Assembly: GCA_016182565.1 (NCBI GenBank)
Contig: JACPGI010000005.1
Coordinates: forward strand, 11,005 to 75,004
Direction of reading: 5' to 3'
Length of the DNA stretch: 64,000 bases
Source of the DNA: a candidate division WWE3 bacterium
GTDB lineage: Bacteria; Patescibacteriota; WWE3; UBA101185; UBA10185
Positions within the stretch are counted from its first letter, which is position 1, and each line of letters opens with the position of its first letter. Positions 1-8,942 of the stretch are shown piece by piece. Position numbers and translations under genes: made by a program. The notes under the pieces were generated by a model that searched no databases, had not been told where the DNA came from, and saw only the letters and a list, made by a program, of their open reading frames with translations.

Positions 1-1116
1 AAATACTCTTCAAGACTAAAATCGGACATTCTAGAAATCCTAGGTGAAAACATAGCTAAGTTTGAAGAAGTATTATTTTATGTGCATCCTTCTGGAATAG
101 AAGATGAAGCTAAAGGAGTTGCTGGAGCAAACCGTACGTGGGGCGCTAAAAATGGAGTAGGTCATCTAAGACAAAAGGATGTAAATATCCGCAATTACAT
201 ATTCTCCACTTTCGATTCGGATAGTGTGTTAGATAGGCAATTTATAGCTCGTGTAACTCACCTATATCTAACAAATGATAAAAGAGATTATAAGTACTTT
301 GGTCCGGCAGTGAATTTGTTTAATAACAACATTTGGGATGTACCAATGCTTATGAGAATTGAGGCAAATTCAATAGTGATTGCGTGTATTTCGGATGCGG
401 TTGTAAGTGAGCCGGAATTTAAAGAGACTTTTTCCTGTTACTCCGCCTCACTTCAAACCTTAATTGATGCCAACTATTGGGATGTGCAAGTTGGGGTTGA
501 TGACACTATTTTTTATTGGAGATCTTTTTTTGCAAGAGGTGGAGATTTTATTGGGGTACATCACTTCATACCATATTCGGCAGATGCAGTACAAGGAAGT
601 GATTATTTAAAAAGCCATAAAAGTATGTATTTACAACTTAGGAGGTGGGCATGGGGAACAATTGTTGTACCAATATCAATGACCGAATTTTTTAAAAAAA
701 ATAAGATTCCGCTAATAAAAAAGATTAGATGGACTGTTCTTCATTTTGAGAGGCGAGTACTTCTTATAACACTTGTTTTTCTCATGACATTTGGAATAAG
801 TATCTTGACTAAAGTAAATCAAGATGCAAGACAAATTAGCCTTGTTTACACCCTACCAAACCTTATCAGTACAATCCTTACTTTCACACTTATATTTTTT
901 GTGCCTATTACCATACTTCGCGCTAAACTTGTAAAACCAATGCCCAAAGAGTGGTTCTTTTTGAAAAAAGTTTTTTTTACACTGGTTGAGGGACCAATGG
1001 TTATAATAAACATGCTCACATTTTCTTTAATTCCGTATCTTGATGCTTACACTAGGATGCTACTTGGAAATAAAATGAGCGATCTGTACCACACACCGAA
1101 AGTTAGATCAAAATAA
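1..1116 (+). CDS. Family-2 glycosyltransferase, C-terminal part; 5' end lies outside the window. Frame 1 is open from nt 1, so the GTG at 82 is not the true start.
   Basis: QxxRW motif (LQLRRWAWG) about 45 aa after a VGVDD acidic motif, followed by several C-terminal TM helices, as in processive cellulose/chitin-synthase-like GT2 enzymes. No DxD region is visible, consistent with 5' truncation by the window edge. Confidence 0.6.
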   Translation, partial: KYSSRLKSDILEILGENIAKFEEVLFYVHPSGIEDEAKGVAGANRTWGAKNGVGHLRQKDVNIRNYIFSTFDSDSVLDRQFIARVTHLYLTNDKRDYKYFGPAVNLFNNNIWDVPMLMRIEANSIVIACISDAVVSEPEFKETFSCYSASLQTLIDANYWDVQVGVDDTIFYWRSFFARGGDFIGVHHFIPYSADAVQGSDYLKSHKSMYLQLRRWAWGTIVVPISMTEFFKKNKIPLIKKIRWTVLHFERRVLLITLVFLMTFGISILTKVNQDARQISLVYTLPNLISTILTFTLIFFVPITILRAKLVKPMPKEWFFLKKVFFTLVEGPMVIINMLTFSLIPYLDAYTRMLLGNKMSDLYHTPKVRSK

Positions 1117-1121
1117 ACACT

Positions 1122-2561
1122 ATGCGAAAATTTCTAGCTATAAACATAACTATTCTTATACTGACCGGGCTTTACATATTCTTAAGATTTGCGTATCTAA
1201 ACTCACTTGTTCCACTATGGATGTCAAAATCTTGGGGGGAGGCACAGCTTGCAAATAAATACAATCTGTACTTACTACCTGTTGCGCAAGTCGGAATTAC
1301 ATTTCTTGCTTACATATTTGCAAATTATGCAAAGAAAAAACATTTAAGATACGGCGCTGACATGCTTGTTACAATTGGTACAACATGCAACGTTCTACTT
1401 TCTTACTCAGTACTTAAGATAATAAGGGTTGCATCAACACCTTACCCACCTTTTATAAACCCAACATACATCCAGCTTGCTTTTCCAATGTTTGTTGCCT
1501 TTTTGGTAGTTTTATTTATAGCGCCATATTTAATTAATTTTTTCAAAGAATACAGAATAGTTACTGACCCCAACCTGCATAAACATCCCGGAATGTTACT
1601 TGCCAAACCATCAGCTAGAGGTGGAGGGCTTATTTTTACCCTTGGGATATTGCTTTCATCAATATTTTTTGTGAAATTTACACCCACGGTGACAGGACTT
1701 TTAGTCTCAATGGCACTTGCAGCAGTACTTGGTATTCTGGACGATATCCAAAACACTAAATCAGAGACTAAACTCAGCAGTGTCGAAAACCCTTGGGCAA
1801 GATTTGGCATTCAGGCACTTATAGTACTTCCAATTGTTTTTGCGGGAGTTCAAGTATTATCTGTAAACAATCCGTTAGACGGTGCGCTTAAACTAGATAT
1901 TTTAAATTTTGCGGTAAATGGTATAAAAGTCTATCCTGTAGCTATAGTTTTTACGCTCATTTGGATTTTGTGGATCATAAATTTACTTTCATGGTCAAAC
2001 GGGGTCGATGGTCAATACTCCGGTATTGTAACTATTGCGGCAATTGTTATCGCTGTCATAACTCTTCGAGAAACTAACCTTAACTTTGATCAAAAAAATA
2101 TGGTGCAATTTGCGGCAATTGTTGCCGGAGCCAGTCTTGGACTTTTGCCTTTTACTTGGAATCCTTCAAAGGTCATGTGGGGATTTGGAGCAATAGCTGC
2201 TGGCCTTGCCATAGCAACGCTTTCCATTCTAACTAAAGCCAAGGTTGCAACTGCACTTATTGTTCTTGCAGTACCATTTCTTGACGGATTTATAACTGTG
2301 GTGAAAAGAATCTTGCAAAAAAAATCTCCATTAAAAGGCGACCGGGGACATCTCCACCACATCCTTCTTAATATGGGCTGGTCAGTGAGAAAGGTGGCAG
2401 TTTTTTATTGGATAGCAACTGCAATTACAGGTTATATTGGTATAAAGGCCGCAGATCGTAACCTCACATTGTCAGCATTGGTTGTAGCTGGAGTTATAGC
2501 TTTCATAATAATTCTTATAAATATGCAATATTTTTTCAAAAGGAAAGCTGATAGAATCTAG
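1122..2561 (+). CDS. Polyprenyl-phosphate N-acetylhexosamine-1-phosphate transferase of the MraY/WecA family (GT4), with an N-terminal TM extension of about 150 aa
   Basis: Polytopic membrane protein with a cytoplasmic-loop ILDDIQN Asp motif and the N-x-x-N-x-x-DG-x-DG motif (NLLSWSNGVDGQYSG) typical of MraY/WecA phosphotransferases. Confidence 0.65.
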   Translation: MRKFLAINITILILTGLYIFLRFAYLNSLVPLWMSKSWGEAQLANKYNLYLLPVAQVGITFLAYIFANYAKKKHLRYGADMLVTIGTTCNVLLSYSVLKIIRVASTPYPPFINPTYIQLAFPMFVAFLVVLFIAPYLINFFKEYRIVTDPNLHKHPGMLLAKPSARGGGLIFTLGILLSSIFFVKFTPTVTGLLVSMALAAVLGILDDIQNTKSETKLSSVENPWARFGIQALIVLPIVFAGVQVLSVNNPLDGALKLDILNFAVNGIKVYPVAIVFTLIWILWIINLLSWSNGVDGQYSGIVTIAAIVIAVITLRETNLNFDQKNMVQFAAIVAGASLGLLPFTWNPSKVMWGFGAIAAGLAIATLSILTKAKVATALIVLAVPFLDGFITVVKRILQKKSPLKGDRGHLHHILLNMGWSVRKVAVFYWIATAITGYIGIKAADRNLTLSALVVAGVIAFIIILINMQYFFKRKADRI

Positions 2562-2563
2562 GT

Positions 2564-3487
2564 GTGATCAATACTTTGTATCAAATAATTAGGACTATAA
2601 GACCTAGACAGTGGCTAAAAAATTTAGCCATATTTGCTGCACCGATCCTGCAGGGAGTGGTATTAAAACATGATGTCTTAATTTCCTGCGTTTTAGCATT
2701 TATAGCCTTCACACTTCTTGCATGTGGAACATATATCTTAAATGATCTAGTCGATGCACCAAAAGATAGGAAGCACCCCGTGAAAAGTAACCGCCCGATT
2801 GCTTCCGGGAAACTTTCGATAAATTTAGCCCTTATTCTCATGGCTGCATTTTATTTTCTTGGAACACTCATTAGCTTTAGTTTTGTTGGAAGTTATTTTG
2901 GTATTTTAGGAATTTCATATATATTACTGCAACTCTCTTATTCCTTTTACCTGCGCAACATAATAATAATGGATGCTATGGCGGTATCTGCAGGATTTAT
3001 CCTAAGGGTTTTTGCAGGCGGAGTTGCATCTGACACCTCCATCTCTTCTTGGCTTGTCCTTACAACAATTGGTCTTTCTTTACTTTTAGCTTTTGGTAAA
3101 AGACGATCAGAAAAAACCTTGCTTTCTGAATATGAAGAGTCGGAAACACGAACAACACTTCTACATTATCCTGAAGCTTTGCTCGATAGCATGATCTCAA
3201 TGTCTGCAAGTTTTTGTATGATTGCTTACTCTGTTTACGCATTTCAAACTTCTCCGGTTCTAATGGGACCTGAAATCTCACGCTTGCTGCCCTCTATTCT
3301 TAAATCCCCTAAGTGGATGATGATTACAATACCTCTAGTTTTATATGGTGTAGCAAGATACCTGTACATAATCTATGAAAAGAAAGAGGGAGAATCTCCG
3401 GAACGAGTACTTCTGTCAGACAGCCCACTTCTACTCACAGTTCTTATTTGGGGAGTTACAGTTTTTATAATTAGATATTCCCTTTAG
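2564..3487 (+). CDS. UbiA-family prenyltransferase, decaprenyl-phosphate phosphoribosyltransferase-like
   Basis: N-terminal RPRQWLKN and NDLVDAPKDRKHP (NDxxDxxxD) motifs with about 8 TM helices, resembling DPPR-synthase-type UbiA enzymes. Confidence 0.6.
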   Translation: MINTLYQIIRTIRPRQWLKNLAIFAAPILQGVVLKHDVLISCVLAFIAFTLLACGTYILNDLVDAPKDRKHPVKSNRPIASGKLSINLALILMAAFYFLGTLISFSFVGSYFGILGISYILLQLSYSFYLRNIIIMDAMAVSAGFILRVFAGGVASDTSISSWLVLTTIGLSLLLAFGKRRSEKTLLSEYEESETRTTLLHYPEALLDSMISMSASFCMIAYSVYAFQTSPVLMGPEISRLLPSILKSPKWMMITIPLVLYGVARYLYIIYEKKEGESPERVLLSDSPLLLTVLIWGVTVFIIRYSL

Positions 3488-3490
3488 TTT

Positions 3491-3958
3491 TTAATATATT
3501 GGATAAACATTTGCAGGACTGTACTGCGTTGGATCAAACTCCTGCTCAGTGTTGTAAGATTCTGTTTCTTCGTTTGTATCCTTAAAATCGAGGGCTTCTG
3601 ATGAATTCAAAACTTCTTGTATAAGGTCGTTCTGAATTCCTAAGACGCGGTTGTTTCTTTCAAGTTCCAGACTGGGTTCAGCAGTTGAATTTTCCGAATT
3701 TAGATCATTCTTAGAGTTTTTTTCAACACGAATAGACTCACTAGATAATACTTCGGTGTTACCCCCAGTTATAGTTATGGGGATATAGTCCGGTATATTT
3801 AAGCCCTGAGTGCTTGGCGCCGAATAACTCAACATATAAAAACCTGACATTGGTGCAACAAGAAGTGCTAGAAGTACACCCATTAAGCCTAGATTTGTTA
3901 AGTGGTGTTTGAAGCTTCTGGTGTGTAGGTCTTCAGTTTTGTTAAAAGTATTGTGCAT
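3491..3958 (-). CDS. Hypothetical membrane-anchored protein
   Basis: ORF with one N-proximal TM helix (LMGVLLALLVAPMSGFYML) and an acidic C-terminus; no recognised motif. Confidence 0.35.
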   Translation of the reverse strand: MHNTFNKTEDLHTRSFKHHLTNLGLMGVLLALLVAPMSGFYMLSYSAPSTQGLNIPDYIPITITGGNTEVLSSESIRVEKNSKNDLNSENSTAEPSLELERNNRVLGIQNDLIQEVLNSSEALDFKDTNEETESYNTEQEFDPTQYSPANVYPIY

Positions 3959-3997
3959 AGTTTTGTAACTTTGGTTAAAATTTTTAAGTATTTTTAC

Positions 3998-4573
3998 TTA
4001 GGCTTCCTCCTCAAATGTCAAAACGGTATCTTCTTTTGGCAAATTATCCTGGTCTTCGCCCGAAACAACCTCTCTCTCAACATCAATTACCAAAAGATAA
4101 GTAGAAATAAGTGTTAAAACTATAGATGTATAAAAAACCCATGTATATAGGAGTCCAAAATAAGACATAATTCCAGAAGCCGCCAAAAGTAAATATGAGT
4201 AGGCAAGCCAAATGGCACCTTGAGAATAAACATCGAAAGACGTCTGAATAAACCCTGATAGATTTAACGAGAATAATTTAGCCGCAGTGTGTGGTGGTAT
4301 ATGGGATTCATGAAAAATAAGAGATTTCAAAAGTACATAGATGAGTCCAACAGCCAAAACCACTATCATGGAAGCTGTCGAATATGAATTCACAAAGATA
4401 AAGTCTGAGCGATTTGTGTAAATAAAACCTCTAGCACCAAACGAAAATGAAATATCAAAAAACTTCGCTACAACCAAAACAGCCACTATCCTTACGGAGA
4501 GTAATACTATGGCAGGCACAATAGCCTCATCTACTAACTTTACTAAAATTCTTGAAAACATAGGCAGGATCAA
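3998..4573 (-). CDS. Hypothetical polytopic membrane protein
   Basis: 191-aa ORF with 4-5 hydrophobic helices; no recognised motif. Confidence 0.4.
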   Translation of the reverse strand: MILPMFSRILVKLVDEAIVPAIVLLSVRIVAVLVVAKFFDISFSFGARGFIYTNRSDFIFVNSYSTASMIVVLAVGLIYVLLKSLIFHESHIPPHTAAKLFSLNLSGFIQTSFDVYSQGAIWLAYSYLLLAASGIMSYFGLLYTWVFYTSIVLTLISTYLLVIDVEREVVSGEDQDNLPKEDTVLTFEEEA

Positions 4574-4588
4574 TTACGATCATACGTA

Positions 4589-5926
4589 GTGATAAAAACT
4601 GTGTCAACAATTTCGCACCACAACAAGTTCTACACCGTAGTGCTAGCATCGCTTTTTAAGTGTTTAGCATTTTTTACACCAATTGTCTTTACTTATCTGG
4701 GTTTTGAGTTTATCAAAACGTATTTCTTGTACATTTTGGGGTCAACAATTATTTGGGTCTTTACCCTGAAAAAGATAAATAGTGGCGAAAAGATTATTTG
4801 GCCAAATAAGTTTATTAATTGGTTTTTCTTGGCATATATTGTTTCGACGATATTTTCTTCTCATGTTTATACTTCGATATGGGGCTACTACTCACGCTTC
4901 AACGGCGGGCTTGTTTCTGTAATTATTTTATATGGTTTATTTGTCGTTTTACTCAATGAGTTTTCAAATTACGATATAAGAGCGCTTGCCGAAATTTCAG
5001 CACTTTCAATACTACCTATCGGTCTTTATGCAATAGCACAGCATTTTGGCTTAGATTCTTCTTTATGGAAAACTGATGCCACAACAAGGGTTTCTTCTAC
5101 TTTTGGGCAACCAAACTGGCTTGCAGCTTTTACCGCGATGGTAATACCGACAATTCTTGGTAAAACCTTAAATATAGATGAAAAATATAGTGAGCGTGTG
5201 GCATTACTGTGGGCCATACTATTTTTGATCGCTTTTACCACCCTTTGGTTTACTTACTCCATATCAGGACTTCTTGCCTTTGTAGCCGGGCTTCTTGCAT
5301 TCATTTGGGTAAATGGTGAGAGGGTAAGAGAAAATGCAGAAGTTATGCTTATTTTAATTATTTTTTGTGGGGTAATCGGATATTTTAACCTTGGAATCTT
5401 TAATGCAAAGGTAAAAAGTGTGTTTATAGACATTCAAAAGATCTACAGACAATCTGTGATGGTCAAAGCTCAAGAACAAGATAATATAGCTGTTACACCA
5501 AATATAGATAAAAATGATGGTACAAATGAGCAACTTTCTGACCCAGGTTATATAAGAACGGGCCTTTGGCTTGGAACACTAAACTTGTTTTTATCCTCGA
5601 ATAAAATCATGTTGGTCGGGACAGGGCCTGAAACCTTTGCATATGAATTTCAACAGTTTAGACCCAAAGAATTAAATTTTTCTTCGGAATGGGATTTTGT
5701 GATGAATAAACCCCACAATTATTATTTAGAACTTTTAAGTACACTTGGAATCTTTGGAGCACTTCCCTATTTATTTATAGTTTTACTTTCACTTGGTAAA
5801 GCAAGTAAACATTTCACACCGGGACTTTTGGCTTTTTATGTTTCAAATATTTTCGGTTGGCCAACAGTTGCTACAGCTTTTCTATTTTGGTTATTTCTAG
5901 TTGGAATAGAAAAAGAGGGGTATTAA
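4589..5926 (+). CDS. O-antigen ligase/polymerase (Wzy_C)-like membrane protein
   Basis: More than 10 TM helices with a large extracytoplasmic loop and a GTGPETF-type motif of the WaaL/Wzy family; sits next to the glycosyltransferase genes. Confidence 0.5.
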   Translation: MIKTVSTISHHNKFYTVVLASLFKCLAFFTPIVFTYLGFEFIKTYFLYILGSTIIWVFTLKKINSGEKIIWPNKFINWFFLAYIVSTIFSSHVYTSIWGYYSRFNGGLVSVIILYGLFVVLLNEFSNYDIRALAEISALSILPIGLYAIAQHFGLDSSLWKTDATTRVSSTFGQPNWLAAFTAMVIPTILGKTLNIDEKYSERVALLWAILFLIAFTTLWFTYSISGLLAFVAGLLAFIWVNGERVRENAEVMLILIIFCGVIGYFNLGIFNAKVKSVFIDIQKIYRQSVMVKAQEQDNIAVTPNIDKNDGTNEQLSDPGYIRTGLWLGTLNLFLSSNKIMLVGTGPETFAYEFQQFRPKELNFSSEWDFVMNKPHNYYLELLSTLGIFGALPYLFIVLLSLGKASKHFTPGLLAFYVSNIFGWPTVATAFLFWLFLVGIEKEGY

Positions 5927-6514
5927 ATGAGTGGCAATATGGTCAAAATTTTTGGAAAGATTTTGGTTTCTGTAATCTATCTTTTTGCATTGTATTTTTT
6001 TACTTGTCACATACTTGCAGAGCTTGCGTATAACACAAGTCAAAGCTACACCACAAAAATTAAATTAACTGAGGCGCTAAACTATGCTAATAAATCATTA
6101 AATTACAACTCCCACGAGCCAAAATATTTTTATAACAAAGCCAAGATTCTACTTCTATTGGAAACACCAAAAGTGGAAACTTTAAACAACCTAGTAATTG
6201 CCCAAAACTTAAATCCTAAAAATGTGGTAACTCTTAGAAACTCCCTCCCACTTTATTATTTTCTCACATTGAAAAATTTACAGGATGCGGGAAGCAAAAC
6301 TGAAAACTTTGACAAGTGGTATTTTGAAAAAACAAAAACTTTTATTTCAAGCCTTAAAAAGGCCTATCCTAACGATGCTGGAATAATAGTTCTAGCTGCA
6401 AAATATGAAAAGAAGCTTGGACTTACAAAAGAATATGGAGAATCAATAAATGCTGTAGGTATACTAAGACCTGATCTTTTAAAATGGCATCCCGATCTAA
6501 TTGGGACAAAGTAA
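5927..6514 (+). CDS. Hypothetical protein with an N-terminal TM anchor
   Basis: ORF abutting the preceding gene; single TM helix near the N-terminus. Confidence 0.4.
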   Translation: MSGNMVKIFGKILVSVIYLFALYFFTCHILAELAYNTSQSYTTKIKLTEALNYANKSLNYNSHEPKYFYNKAKILLLLETPKVETLNNLVIAQNLNPKNVVTLRNSLPLYYFLTLKNLQDAGSKTENFDKWYFEKTKTFISSLKKAYPNDAGIIVLAAKYEKKLGLTKEYGESINAVGILRPDLLKWHPDLIGTK

Positions 6515-7759
6515 TTATTGGGTAGTTACATAAGTTGCTGATACCCAACCGTTTAATGTATCGGAAACTTTTATTTTAAGCCAGCCAGTGGACTCCTCTA
6601 ACACGTTGTAAACTTCTCCGACATTTACTTTTGCTAACACCTCGCCGCTAAGTCCTGGGGTGGATCTTACATTTAGCCAGCCAGTGCCGGTCTGATTTAT
6701 GGTTGCTTTTTTGCCGCCCCCAGAAACATTTACTTTTGCCAAGGCCACTTTAGCATTTTCCGTTAAGCCATTTCCATCTGCGGCACGACCAAGATACGCA
6801 CCTTTATTTTTTGCGCCTAGTTCTCCAGAAGTTGTAACATCCACACCATCTTTATTGTAAATGTGTCCATTGAAATCTATAAAGTAATCAAAAACTACCT
6901 CTTTGTTTATACCGGCTCCGGCAAGATTAATCCCACGCGTCTTATTCCAATAAATCACAGCCTTTACCCACTCGGCCGGATTTGAAGCAACAACAGCATC
7001 AAGAGATTTTATATCGTATAAACTCTCAGATCCTTCTAGTAAATTGATCTTTACAGGCACTGGATTAGGAAACATTTTCATTGCAATGTTTAATTTATAA
7101 CCTTTTTGGATCTTAATTCGGTTGCTTGTGGATTCGTAACCTGCTTTCTCAAGCATCAGATCATATTCGCCTTCAGTCAATGTACTTGTGGAATAGGGAG
7201 TAACTCCAACTTCCGTATTATCTACAAGTACACGGGCTCCTGTGGGCTCTGAAATGACTTCAAGACTGGGTGTATCACTTGATTTTTCAAGCCAGATATT
7301 TTGCCCAGAAGAAAACACATCAGAAACCCCCAAATCACGATTGATGGCAACTTCAGAGTTTTGCAGAAAATCCAGCGCTACATTGTATGTGATCTGGTCA
7401 TTTTTAATTGAGAGTTTGTTCTCCCCGGCTCTTATATCTTTTGATTCAAGTGGTGTATTTCCTAAGAAATTATCATTTAAATATACCTGTGCGCTTCCTC
7501 CTACTGTACTTATGGTGAGCGCGGCTTTACTTTTGAGATTTGAGTAATTTTTAATTACGGAGCCTCCAAAATAAACAAGGGAAAGAACACCAAAAATAGC
7601 TAAAACATAAGTAACAATACCAAGTATATTTACGGATGGCTTTGTTTTGAAAAGTGGTGTGTTTGTTGTTTCGTACATAGTTTTATTTGTTGTGCTTAAC
7701 TTAGATGTAATTATATATAAACTAAACCTTTGAGAAAGATTGAAAATTGAAGCGATCAA
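6515..7759 (-). CDS. Membrane-anchored PEGA-domain and SH3b-domain protein
   Basis: N-terminal TM anchor; PEGA-like segment (GARVLVDNTEVGVTPYSTSTLTEGEYDLMLEKAGYES); C-terminal bacterial SH3-like segment (GWLNVRSTPGLSGEVLAKVNVGEVYNVLEESTGWLKIKV). Confidence 0.55.
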   Translation of the reverse strand: MIASIFNLSQRFSLYIITSKLSTTNKTMYETTNTPLFKTKPSVNILGIVTYVLAIFGVLSLVYFGGSVIKNYSNLKSKAALTISTVGGSAQVYLNDNFLGNTPLESKDIRAGENKLSIKNDQITYNVALDFLQNSEVAINRDLGVSDVFSSGQNIWLEKSSDTPSLEVISEPTGARVLVDNTEVGVTPYSTSTLTEGEYDLMLEKAGYESTSNRIKIQKGYKLNIAMKMFPNPVPVKINLLEGSESLYDIKSLDAVVASNPAEWVKAVIYWNKTRGINLAGAGINKEVVFDYFIDFNGHIYNKDGVDVTTSGELGAKNKGAYLGRAADGNGLTENAKVALAKVNVSGGGKKATINQTGTGWLNVRSTPGLSGEVLAKVNVGEVYNVLEESTGWLKIKVSDTLNGWVSATYVTTQ

Positions 7760-7831
7760 CTTCCACTCTCTAAATTAACATGACAATGGTAAAATGGCAA
7801 AGTTGATGTTTGAGTTTTAGTGTTTAAATAT

Positions 7832-7906
7832 GGCCTGGTCGCCAAGTGGTAAGGCAAGGGTCTGCAAAACCCTTACACGTGGGTTCGATTCCCACCCAGG
7901 CCTCCA
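7832..7906 (+). tRNA. tRNA-Cys (anticodon GCA)
   Basis: 75-nt cloverleaf: acceptor GGCCTGG/CCAGGCC, anticodon stem AGGGT/ACCCT with loop CTGCAAA, T-arm GTGGGTTCGATTCCCAC, encoded CCA. Confidence 0.85.
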
Positions 7907-7937
7907 ATGCTTAAAATTCACCTCAAATACTACATGA

Positions 7938-7966
7938 CCTATAGTCTTGACAGGCAGTGACTTTAG
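7938..7966 (+). promoter_or_regulatory. Consensus sigma70-type promoter (TTGACA, 17-nt spacer, TATAAT) upstream of the 108-aa ORF
   Basis: Exact TTGACA at 7938-7943 and TATAAT at 7961-7966 with a 17-nt spacer. Confidence 0.55.
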
Positions 7967-8044
7967 ACTTATAATACAAGTATGTTGCAGATGGTATACG
8001 CTGGAGCGTCCAGGTAACCACATAAATCTGTAGCGGAGAAAACA

Positions 8045-8371
8045 ATGAACACATCTGATTTTCTGTTTGAATCCAAACCCAAAGTAATAGCCCAGAATCT
8101 TATGTTTGGTCTCATAGCGTTGACATTCATCATCGTCACGCTGTTCTGGCTTCCTGAGCACCTTATTGGAAGCGGACTCAAGGGTTTGGCCGCCTCATTC
8201 TCCATCTGGGGAATTCAATCGATTGTGATGTTTGTGTTGGGTTACATACGGAAGTTCCAACTCAATATCGTACAACGGGTTGCACAGTCCATCCTGGCCC
8301 CACTTGCATTCTCAATCTGGATTGCAAAAATAATGACTGAAGCTTTCTTTATGGAACCAAATAGCAACTAA
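8045..8371 (+). CDS. Hypothetical small membrane protein in a higher-GC islet next to tRNA-Cys
   Basis: 108-aa ORF with 3 TM helices. Its GC looks roughly 45 percent against roughly one third in neighbouring genes. It has its own consensus promoter and a downstream hairpin terminator. Confidence 0.5.
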   Translation: MNTSDFLFESKPKVIAQNLMFGLIALTFIIVTLFWLPEHLIGSGLKGLAASFSIWGIQSIVMFVLGYIRKFQLNIVQRVAQSILAPLAFSIWIAKIMTEAFFMEPNSN

Positions 8372-8379
8372 TTTCAACA

Positions 8380-8421
8380 AACGGCCACCTGACAAAACTC
8401 ATGTGGCCGTTTCGCTTTTCT
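8380..8421 (+). terminator. Rho-independent terminator
   Basis: Stem AACGGCCAC/GTGGCCGTT with a 14-nt loop, followed by TCGCTTTTCT. Confidence 0.55.
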
Positions 8422-8452
8422 AAACATTTACCTTAAATACACACAAATCCAC

Positions 8453-8482
8453 TTGACACTCTAAACATTAGAGTGCTATATA
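8453..8482 (+). promoter_or_regulatory. groES-groEL promoter (TTGACA, 18-nt spacer, TATATA) with an embedded inverted repeat that may be a heat-shock operator
   Basis: TTGACA at 8453-8458 and TATATA at 8477-8482. The spacer holds the perfect 8-bp inverted repeat CACTCTAA-ACA-TTAGAGTG, which resembles the half sites of CIRCE (TTAGCACTC-N9-GAGTGCTAA) but is shorter. Confidence 0.45.
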
Positions 8483-8582
8483 TTCATACGTCAAAATAAA
8501 TAATATGTCGAAAAATCCGCAAGGCTGGGACATAATATTTAACTTACATTTAAACTCAAGTAATTATTTTAAAAAGGAAAAA

Positions 8583-8876
8583 ATGGCAACAATTAAACCA
8601 TTATTCGACTTCGTACTTATAGAACCGCTTGAAAAGGAGACAACTCTACCTTCAGGCATAGTTATTCCTGATTCAGTCAAAGAAAAACCTCAAGAAGGCA
8701 AAATTAAAGCAACAGGGCCCGGGAAAAAAGATGAGGATGGCAAAACTATCTCTATGACTGTAAAGGTCGGGGACATAGTAATGTACAAAAAATGGGGCGG
8801 GACCGAAGTAAAAATTGATGGTAAAGAACACCTTCTCGTGAAAGAAGAGGATCTTTTGGCAATAGTAGAAAACTAA
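8583..8876 (+). CDS. groES: Co-chaperonin GroES. The ORF-track start at 8505 is probably too early; start placed at the Met after the AAGGA ribosome-binding site.
   Basis: MATIKPLFDFVLIEP...GDIVMYKKWGGTEVKIDGKEHLLVKEEDLLAIVE matches the Cpn10 family; lies directly upstream of groEL. Confidence 0.9.
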   Translation: MATIKPLFDFVLIEPLEKETTLPSGIVIPDSVKEKPQEGKIKATGPGKKDEDGKTISMTVKVGDIVMYKKWGGTEVKIDGKEHLLVKEEDLLAIVEN

Positions 8877-8942
8877 GAAGTTAAACAGTATTGCCGCAGT
8901 AAACTTTGCAAACAAAAGTATTTATTAGATTGAAAGGAATTT

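Noticed and set aside
82-84. GTG at position 82 as the start of the first ORF (ORF-track call)
   Set aside because: Frame 1 is open from nucleotide 1 (KYSSRLKSDILEILGENIAKFEEVLFYVHPSG…), and the protein begins with the late GT2 motifs. The gene therefore starts upstream of the window.
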